Shown piece by piece: positions 25,236 through 32,000 of a stretch of DNA of 32,000 bases (position 1 is the first letter of the stretch; each line of letters starts with the position of its first letter). The stretch lies in NCBI RefSeq assembly GCF_014696225.1, contig NZ_JACJPV010000003.1, forward strand, positions 104,190-136,189, in the 5' to 3' direction. The notes below the pieces were generated by a model. That model worked only from the letters and a program-made list of their open reading frames with translations. It had not been told where the DNA came from and did no database searches. The translations under genes and the position numbers were made by a program. The stretch comes from Anabaena sp. FACHB-1237. GTDB lineage: Bacteria > Cyanobacteriota > Cyanobacteriia > Cyanobacteriales > Nostocaceae.

Positions 25236-26873
25236 TTATTTGTTGTGGTTATTTATTGTGGTAGAAATTTCCTTACCCAGAGTGACAGGTTGATGAAAAT
25301 TAGATGTGTAACTAGAGATAACTTTGATGCTGGGTTGGATAATTCGTAAAGTGAGAGAAAGACGAACCTTACCACTGGTATTATATACCGAACGATGGAT
25401 AAGGTGATCGGTAAATAAGATAAATTCTCCAGGTTGTAGACATACAGGAATGGCATTTTCTTCTACTGCTGGAGGTACTTGAAAAAAATGATTACCACTA
25501 AAGGGGTCAGAAATTTTAATTTGACATTGGTTAATTTGATGTTTAGGGATATATTCAAAACCATTGGTAGAGGTTACTTCTGTTAAAGCGATATAAACAT
25601 TGAGAGTTTTTCCTTTTCCTGAAAGTAAGTTAGGATAAATGTCCCTGTGCCAAAAAGGTATTAATTGATGTGCGGGATAGTTTACCCATAATTCTGATCT
25701 CCATAGTTGTAATTCTGTACCCAAATAATGTTGTAATACTTGTAATAAAGCCTGATTTTGACATATTTTCCAGATTACATCAGAATCTAAATGTCTTTCC
25801 ATATAAAATTGACGTTTATACAGTTGAATTAATAATAAGATAATTGATCCGAAATTTAGACTTAGCAAAGATTTTACTGCTTGTAATAGGAGAATTTTAA
25901 CAGGAGGCTTGCCTAAAACATTTTTAAATATATGATCGCAAATCATGGTAATTTCGTCTTGACTTAATTTGAGACTGTACGGACCATAAATTTGATCATC
26001 GTGATTATCATGTTGCTGATTTTTGATTATAGGTTGAATGATAGTTTGATGACTCCCTGTCCATAGTAAACTTTTCTCTAATAGTTGTTGACATAATTGC
26101 TGATCTTGTGTTAAAATAGGCAGTGTAATTTCTTGACCATTTTGATTTAAAAATTTACCTGTAATATTGGCAAATTCTGGAGAAGTGGCGCATAAAATAT
26201 TAGGATAAGCTCCTTGTTGTGGGGTAAGTCCTATACCTAAATATTTGCTTAATTGATGACCTATTGTAATATTAGATTGTACAAAACCTGGATGAACTGC
26301 ATTTACAGTAATATTAGTAATTTTTTGATTAATAAAATGCTGAGAAAGTTGCTGAGTTAATAGCAATAAACAAAGTTTAGATTGATTATATGATGCAATA
26401 AAATTTAAGGGTGTTTTTTTAATAAATAAATCCCAGTTTACACTGGTGGGTTTTAATGCTAAATCTGAGGATACCATTATTATCCGACTAGGAGCAGATT
26501 CTGCTAGTTTATCTAATAATAAATATGTGAGGAGAAAATGACCTAAATAGTTTGTTCCCCAAATTAATTCAAATCCTTCTTCCGTAACTCCTTTGCCATA
26601 AAATATACCCGCATTATTGATGAGAATATGTAGGGGTAGGTTTTTTTGCTTAAAAATGTTAACACAGTTTCTAACTGATTCTAATGATGATAAATTTAAT
26701 GGTATGTATTCTATATTTGGATTATTTGTATTTTGACGAATATGTTGTATAGCTTGTATAGCTTTTTTCTGTGAACGACAAGCAATATAAACATGATATC
26801 CCATTTTAGCTAGTTCTAGGGATGTACTGAATCCTACTCCAGAATTGCCACCTGTTACTAAACAAACTCGCAT
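25236..26873 (-). CDS. Fusion protein: N-terminal short-chain dehydrogenase/reductase (SDR) + C-terminal PhyH-like Fe(II)/2-oxoglutarate dioxygenase
   Basis: 545 aa from the ATG at 26873, which has AGGA about 8 nt upstream. SDR motifs are VCLVTGGNSGVGF (TGxxxGxG), NNAG and YNQSK (YxxxK). The C-terminal half has FWHRD (HxD iron ligands) and a distal LIHRS His, as in phytanoyl-CoA-dioxygenase-type enzymes. The ORF-track start at 26993 is a TTG. Confidence 0.7.
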   Translation of the reverse strand: MRVCLVTGGNSGVGFSTSLELAKMGYHVYIACRSQKKAIQAIQHIRQNTNNPNIEYIPLNLSSLESVRNCVNIFKQKNLPLHILINNAGIFYGKGVTEEGFELIWGTNYLGHFLLTYLLLDKLAESAPSRIIMVSSDLALKPTSVNWDLFIKKTPLNFIASYNQSKLCLLLLTQQLSQHFINQKITNITVNAVHPGFVQSNITIGHQLSKYLGIGLTPQQGAYPNILCATSPEFANITGKFLNQNGQEITLPILTQDQQLCQQLLEKSLLWTGSHQTIIQPIIKNQQHDNHDDQIYGPYSLKLSQDEITMICDHIFKNVLGKPPVKILLLQAVKSLLSLNFGSIILLLIQLYKRQFYMERHLDSDVIWKICQNQALLQVLQHYLGTELQLWRSELWVNYPAHQLIPFWHRDIYPNLLSGKGKTLNVYIALTEVTSTNGFEYIPKHQINQCQIKISDPFSGNHFFQVPPAVEENAIPVCLQPGEFILFTDHLIHRSVYNTSGKVRLSLTLRIIQPSIKVISSYTSNFHQPVTLGKEISTTINNHNK

Positions 26874-27107
26874 AGTTAAATCCTGATGAATGCTTTTACT
26901 GATAAGACTATGAATTATACTATAGCAATCTGGTGCACTATAGTTATATTTAGTCTGGTAATTTTTCCTAGCGATGTCGCACAGTAGACGCAAAACTTTG
27001 ATGTTTTAATTCAGCTAGTTCAGCAATATGATATTTTTCTAATCTTTCTATCTATAAGTCTTTAAGTATTAAATATTTTAGTTTTGATAAGTCGCGTTTT
27101 GATTAAT

Positions 27108-27176
27108 TTAGCTTATACGATAGAGATAGTTCTTCCTCATCAAGATTAGCTTAACAGGTTTTTTCCATCTTGTCAA
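27108..27176 (-). promoter_or_regulatory. Dispersed promoter + mini-ORF module, copy 2, about 270 nt upstream of the SDR-dioxygenase gene
   Basis: On the minus strand: TTGACA (27176-27171), a 17-nt spacer, TAAGCT (27153-27148), 7 nt, then ATG AGG AAG AAC TAT CTC TAT CGT ATA AGC TAA (27140-27108). Confidence 0.55.
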
Positions 27177-27660
27177 GGGATAAAATTTTTTGGGACCCCC
27201 TTTTTTATTGATTGTGACTTGACAGGTCAAGATGTATAGTGTTGAGACGATTTAATATTTTAATAGAATATGATGATTATTTTGTGATGATGTTGTAAAG
27301 AGGTTGAGAGATGGTAAAAAATGATCAGTTAGAAGTGAAGTAAAGATAGAGCGATCGCAGTAGTACAAAAGCACAAGTCAACACTATAACATTTCCTAGT
27401 CTAATGAAATAGAAAATTATCTGGGTTCAATTATTTACCCTTTACTATAGTAGTGTGAGGAGTTGTTGAATTGGGGTGTGGTTATGATATTTATTTCGCG
27501 TATTAGCGAAAAAAGCACTCACATTAGGCGCAAAGGTTCAAATTTTGAATTTGTCAATTTCATACCTGAGTTTAGCAACGCCAATGTGATTTTTTTGTAA
27601 ACCTTTAAATCTTGGATATTCTGATTCTGACAAATTGTATTTTGATTAATTTAGCTTATA

Positions 27661-27729
27661 CGATAGAGATAGTTCTTCCTCATCGAGATTAGTGTAACAG
27701 GTTTTTTCCCTCTTGTCAAGGGGCGAAAA
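27661..27729 (-). promoter_or_regulatory. Dispersed promoter + mini-ORF module, copy 3, just downstream of the helicase gene's 3' end
   Basis: On the minus strand: TTGACA (27729-27724), a 17-nt spacer, TACACT (27706-27701), 7 nt, then ATG AGG AAG AAC TAT CTC TAT CGT ATA AGC TAA (27693-27661). Confidence 0.55.
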
Positions 27730-27759
27730 AAATTTCGCACGGACAAAAATTACATACTT

Positions 27760-30438
27760 CTAGTCAGTAATTTCATTGACAGGGAAACGATCAATTAAAT
27801 ACATTGCCCGTTGAGCATTACGTTGGAGAATATCTGGTAAATTAGGAACATGAGGAATTTGCGATAATAAGTCCAGAGTACGGCGTAAAATTCGCACCAC
27901 ATCACCTTCATCCAAAGTGGTATTTTCACATAATTTTGACCATTCCATTCCTAAAGCCCATTGTTCGACTAAAGAAACCAAAACAATATACTTACTTTCT
28001 AAACCCACTGGTAAGGTTACACCATGACGATACTGTATTTTTAACACAGCGCGGCGAATAGGTTGTAATCTTGTCCAAGTTGTATCTATTTCAGAAGATA
28101 GATTTAAGTTAATTTTGGTATCTGGACGAGGAGTTTCCATGACTAATGCTGCTATTATTGCTGCAAGGTGATGAGGTGCGATATGATTTAGTTCACCACT
28201 AGCAATAGCTAAACCTAACCATAATTCATTTTCTCCACGAATAGCTGCGGCTATTTGTCCTAGTTCTGTGGGAATTAAGTTATCTAAACATTCAAAAGAT
28301 TGCAAAATTTCAATCAAACAGAGAAATTCTTCCCAATATCTTTGTGAGTGTATTTGTATTTGTTCCTGTAGTGTTTCAATTTCTGCTTCTAATTCTACAC
28401 ATAAGGCACGACGTTTATAAATATCGCCAATATTTCCCAGTTGATGTAAAGGATGTGTTTCTAGTTGTTGTTCTAAGGCTATGACGCGGTTTAGTTGCAT
28501 CTGTACTTCATAAGGAAGATGGGATGTTTGATAGGGATCTGGTATATTTTCAGCAATGATGGCTGTATTTTGATTGCCACGGGCTGAATGTCCGCGTTTT
28601 ATGGTGAGTTCTGCTGGAGGTAGAATATCATCTGGTACTTGAACTTTGGGTATTTCCGCGTACAAATCTACAATATCTGTAAATGTTGCTACATACCAAC
28701 GATTTGTTTTACTTAAACAAATAAAGTAGGATGTGTCAGGACTGATGGCTTTATCAACTAAGATAGCTGTGATGGGAACTGGTGAAATTGCATTTTTATC
28801 GCTAATGCTTAATATTGTTCCTGGTATGGCAAAATCTAGCAACATGGCTAGTTGTGCTTGTCTATCTTCCTTTGCTTGTTCCTGAAGAGTTTTGAATAGT
28901 TGTCTTTCGACTTTTAACCTTTGTTTTAATTTTTCATAAACTACTAATTCATTTTCGTTGATGTTTGCTAGTTGACTTTTTAGTTGTGTTAGTTCGTTTT
29001 GTAGTTGGTTTAATTGTAAATATTCTGGTTCTAGTTCTAGGTTGGACATATATTGTCCAAAACTACGTTCTACTAATTCTCTAGCTTTTTCAATGGTATG
29101 AGTTTGGAGGAGGTTTAATACCATTCCATAACTAGGGGTAAATTGACTTACTAAGGGATCGGCTTTAGATGTAGCTAAATAGGATGCTTCTCTGGCTCCT
29201 TCAAAGGGGGTTTGCAGTGTCACGACATGGCCTTGTAAGTCCATACCTCTGCGTCCAGCACGTCCAGCCATTTGTAAAAATTCAGAGGCGTTTAACAGAC
29301 GATGTCCGTTATCGGTACGTTTAGACAGTGTAGAAATTACTGTAGTTCGTGCTGGCATATTAATTCCAGCCGCTAGTGTTTCTGTGGCAAATACAACTTT
29401 GATTAAACCTTGCTGAAATAGTTCTTCAACTAATGTTTTCCAAGCTGGTAATATTCCAGCATGATGGGCGGCAATACCTTTATACAAAGGTGATATTTGT
29501 CCAGAACGTCCTGCATCGGGGTTTCGTCGTAAAAAGTCGTCTATTTGTTCTCTCAATATTTGTGATTCTTCATTGTTAACTAACCAATAATCACCTATTT
29601 CTGCTACTGCGCGATCGCATCCTCGACGACTAAAGATGAAATATATTGCTGGTAACATATCCCGTTCTTGTAGTTGATTGATAGTATACAGGAGATTAGG
29701 TGGTTCAGGACGGTTATTCATTCCTTTTTCCCAAAAACCCTTTTTACTTTTTTTGACAAGTCGGGGGTTAATTTTGGTTTTGCTGTCGTTGAGAAGTGGA
29801 AATAAACCTTTGGGGTTACAAAAATGAAATTCCAAAGGAACGGGACGAAAATCAGAATATATTAAGTCTGTCGGACCATGAACATGGTTTAACCAGTTTG
29901 TGAGTTGATCGCTATTAGCCACTGTGGCAGAAAGTGCTACTAATTGGATACTTTGAGGACAGTAAATGATAGACTCTTCCCATACAGTACCACGTTGGCG
30001 ATCGTTCATGTAGTGACATTCATCTAGTACTACTGCTTCCACATCTGTTAAGGATATGCCAATTTGTCCTATGGGTGTACCATAAAGCATATTGCGGAAA
30101 ATTTCAGTAGTCATGACTAATATAGGTGCATCTCTTTGGATAGAAGCATCACCTGTAAGTAATCCTACTTGATCACTGCCAAATTTTTCGCGGAAGTCTC
30201 GTAATTTTTGATTAGATAGCGCCTTGAGAGGGGTAGTATAGAATACTCTTTTCCCGTGGGATAAAGCGCGATAAATTGCATATTCCCCTATTAAAGTTTT
30301 GCCAGAACCCGTAGGCGCACAGACTACAACAGAACGTTTTGCATTGAGGGAGGCGATCGCATCTAGTTGGAATTGATCTAATTCAAAGGGAAATACAGAT
30401 TCAAGGTTAATTTGGGAATTTAAGACAGGATAATTCAC
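27760..30438 (-). CDS. Ski2-like (DSH/HelY-type) DEAD/DEAH-box helicase
   Basis: 892 aa with the motifs CAPTGSGKT (I), TPLKALSNQK, VLDECHYM (DExH) and SATV (III). FATETLAAGINMPART and QMAGRAGRRG (VI) are also present. A long C-terminal helical region is typical of Ski2-like helicases. Confidence 0.88.
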   Translation of the reverse strand: MNYPVLNSQINLESVFPFELDQFQLDAIASLNAKRSVVVCAPTGSGKTLIGEYAIYRALSHGKRVFYTTPLKALSNQKLRDFREKFGSDQVGLLTGDASIQRDAPILVMTTEIFRNMLYGTPIGQIGISLTDVEAVVLDECHYMNDRQRGTVWEESIIYCPQSIQLVALSATVANSDQLTNWLNHVHGPTDLIYSDFRPVPLEFHFCNPKGLFPLLNDSKTKINPRLVKKSKKGFWEKGMNNRPEPPNLLYTINQLQERDMLPAIYFIFSRRGCDRAVAEIGDYWLVNNEESQILREQIDDFLRRNPDAGRSGQISPLYKGIAAHHAGILPAWKTLVEELFQQGLIKVVFATETLAAGINMPARTTVISTLSKRTDNGHRLLNASEFLQMAGRAGRRGMDLQGHVVTLQTPFEGAREASYLATSKADPLVSQFTPSYGMVLNLLQTHTIEKARELVERSFGQYMSNLELEPEYLQLNQLQNELTQLKSQLANINENELVVYEKLKQRLKVERQLFKTLQEQAKEDRQAQLAMLLDFAIPGTILSISDKNAISPVPITAILVDKAISPDTSYFICLSKTNRWYVATFTDIVDLYAEIPKVQVPDDILPPAELTIKRGHSARGNQNTAIIAENIPDPYQTSHLPYEVQMQLNRVIALEQQLETHPLHQLGNIGDIYKRRALCVELEAEIETLQEQIQIHSQRYWEEFLCLIEILQSFECLDNLIPTELGQIAAAIRGENELWLGLAIASGELNHIAPHHLAAIIAALVMETPRPDTKINLNLSSEIDTTWTRLQPIRRAVLKIQYRHGVTLPVGLESKYIVLVSLVEQWALGMEWSKLCENTTLDEGDVVRILRRTLDLLSQIPHVPNLPDILQRNAQRAMYLIDRFPVNEITD

Positions 30439-30515
30439 TCAATCATTATGTACAATCATTCTATTTATATCTTAACTGCTATTGTCATTTATGTGGTAGA
30501 TTGAAAAATTGAGAT

Positions 30516-30548
30516 AGATACCGGACTTCTTAAAGAAGTCCGGTATCT
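30516..30548. repeat. Near-perfect 33-nt palindrome in the divergent helicase/kinase intergenic region
   Basis: agataccggacttctt-a-aagaagtccggtatct, with 16-nt arms read directly. Confidence 0.85.
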
Positions 30549-30736
30549 AAGAGTATCTAAGTGATCAATGTTATTGTCCTAAAAAACCAGTATTTTGGTA
30601 GTTGCCTTTTACCTTTTGTCATACATTCAAGTATGGTGCAACTAGCACTCCTGCTAAACTGGAAAATTGTTTAAACCTCCGCTATGATAATTATTGAGGT
30701 GTTAGATCAAGAGTGTAGGAAACTAGGGGTAAGAAA

Positions 30737-32000
30737 ATGACAGAGAGTCAAGGACAACTCCCGATTTTAACTGGAAACAAAGGAAGATACCAAATTCTCA
30801 AACCTTTGGGAAAGGGGGGCTTTGGGGATACTTTTCTCGCTATTGACTTAGACACGATGAATCAACGCCATTGTGTTGTTAAGCGATTACGAATTGATCA
30901 TCATTATTCTCCTGAAACGGTTGCAGGGATTAAAAAAGCCTTTGAAAAGGAGGCTAAGGTTCTGGGAGATTTAGGAGATAGAAGCGGTAACATTCCCTGC
31001 TTGTATGATTATTTTTCCTCAACTGTAATTGACCTCCAACTCCATACCCCACAAGAGTTTTATTATTTGGTTCAACAATATATCGAAGGAGAGGATCTGA
31101 AAAAGGAACTGGAACAACAAGGACGTTTCTCATCAGCAAAGGTTTTGGCTCTATTGAATAACATTTTACCTGTTTTAGAATTTATCCATAAAAATAACGT
31201 TATTCACCGGGATATTAAACCTAGTAATATTGTGCGATCCAATACAGAAGATAACAAATTCTATTTAATTGACTTTGGAGCAGTTAAACAAGTAATTGAA
31301 GGTAATATTGAAACCACAGAAACATCTATGGTCTTTGGAGATTATAATTATGCTCCTCCAGAACAAATCAGAAAGGAAAAGGTTGATTATTCCAGTGATT
31401 TATATGCTTTGGCTGCTTCTTGTGTGGAATTATTAACAGGTGAATCTCACCAAAAGTCCCGTGATGTTAAAAATCTTTGGAATTCGCAAAAATATCCCCA
31501 TATTAGCGAACATTTAGGTAAGATACTGAGCCGTATGCTACGAGAAGCTCCTCGTGATAGATTCCAGTCAGCACGGGAAGTAATGGAAGCTCTGAAGAAA
31601 CATGATGATGACTCAAAACAATTGGAGTGGTCTAATAAAGGTGATAATGGAAAGACAACAATTATCCCTAATCCCCAACCTCGATTTATTCAAGTTTTAT
31701 TGATCACAGCAGTTATTTTGACGATTCCTGGGGTTTTAATAGGTATTTATCGCCATCAAAATCAAGACTTACAAGTAAATATTAAAACTATTCGTGGTCA
31801 ACTATTTCAGGATAAACAATTTGGAATTAAGATCAAATATCCTCAAGATTGGAAGGTTGATGAACAACAATATAGTCCGTTAACCGGGGGAACTATTGCC
31901 AAAATATTCCCTAATACTTCTAGTCAGAATCTCGAAGTAGGGCTATTCATCCGTATTGAAGATATACAAAAATCTCAGACTTTATCAAAGTATAATCAGG
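30737..32000 (+). CDS. Hanks-type Ser/Thr protein kinase with a TM helix and extracytoplasmic C-terminal region (3' partial, runs off the window)
   Basis: Hand-translated from the ATG at 30737: MTESQGQLPILTGNKGRYQILKPLGKGGFGDTFLA (GxGxxG), VVKRL (Lys), HRDIKPSNI, IDFGAVK (DFG) and APPEQ. A TM segment FIQVLLITAVILTIPGVLIGIY lies near 31690-31755. The frame is open to position 32000. This ORF is absent from the supplied track because it has no stop in the window. Confidence 0.9.
   Translation, partial: MTESQGQLPILTGNKGRYQILKPLGKGGFGDTFLAIDLDTMNQRHCVVKRLRIDHHYSPETVAGIKKAFEKEAKVLGDLGDRSGNIPCLYDYFSSTVIDLQLHTPQEFYYLVQQYIEGEDLKKELEQQGRFSSAKVLALLNNILPVLEFIHKNNVIHRDIKPSNIVRSNTEDNKFYLIDFGAVKQVIEGNIETTETSMVFGDYNYAPPEQIRKEKVDYSSDLYALAASCVELLTGESHQKSRDVKNLWNSQKYPHISEHLGKILSRMLREAPRDRFQSAREVMEALKKHDDDSKQLEWSNKGDNGKTTIIPNPQPRFIQVLLITAVILTIPGVLIGIYRHQNQDLQVNIKTIRGQLFQDKQFGIKIKYPQDWKVDEQQYSPLTGGTIAKIFPNTSSQNLEVGLFIRIEDIQKSQTLSKYNQ

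Noticed and set aside
24877-25349. ORFs 24877-25062 (+), 25036-25224 (-) and 25167-25349 (+) in the ruvB-upstream intergenic region
   Set aside because: They lie within repeated intergenic blocks. The paralogous copy near 27460-27560 differs by indels that are not multiples of three, so no reading frame is conserved.
26874-26993. TTG start at 26993 for the SDR-dioxygenase fusion
   Set aside because: SDR Rossmann folds start a few residues before TGxxxGxG. The ATG at 26873 (MRVCLVTGG) has an AGGA about 8 nt upstream. The 40-aa extension has no motifs.
37-31139. Other short shadow ORFs: 37-237, 1097-1279, 5936-6133, 7230-7451, 8849-9040, 14175-14375, 18378-18572, 22811-23020, 25253-25456, 30954-31139
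   Set aside because: Each overlaps, on the opposite strand or in another frame, a confidently identified gene (cpcG, cpcB, protease, iSTAND-like, RT, HPP, FkbM, SDR fusion, kinase).

Overview
This window looks like chromosomal DNA from a filamentous, probably Nostocales-type, cyanobacterium. That guess rests on GCGATCGC (HIP1) sites, STRR-like heptamer repeats, a cpcBACDEFG-type operon with two cpcG paralogs, a PatA-like regulator and an OCP/FRP pair.

Layout:
- 46-6090 (minus strand): complete phycocyanin rod operon cpcB-A-C-D-E-F-G-G.
- 6777-14984 (plus strand): an AT-rich accessory island and the main finding. It encodes a Trypco2-like small protein, a trypsin-like serine protease, a P-loop-less STAND-like (iSTAND-type) protein, a MoxR-class AAA+ ATPase and a 958-aa multi-pass membrane protein. 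The C-terminal FGE-sulfatase (C-type-lectin fold) domain of that membrane protein carries the variable repeat of an apparently intact diversity-generating retroelement (Avd + reverse transcriptase + template repeat). Every TR/VR substitution falls on a TR adenine.
- 15488-24359: housekeeping and photoprotection genes: rluD, a PatA-like pseudo-receiver, an HPP membrane protein, cobA, cbiX, ocp, frp, an FkbM methyltransferase and ruvB.
- 25236-32000: an SDR-dioxygenase fusion gene, a Ski2-like helicase, and a Ser/Thr kinase that runs off the window end and is missing from the ORF track.

A second finding is a dispersed module present four times between 23.1 and 27.7 kb. Each copy has a consensus TTGACA-17 nt-TAnnnT promoter on the minus strand followed directly by a conserved 10-codon mini-ORF, and each sits upstream of a minus-strand gene. 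All domain calls come from motif recognition by eye, because no database search was possible.
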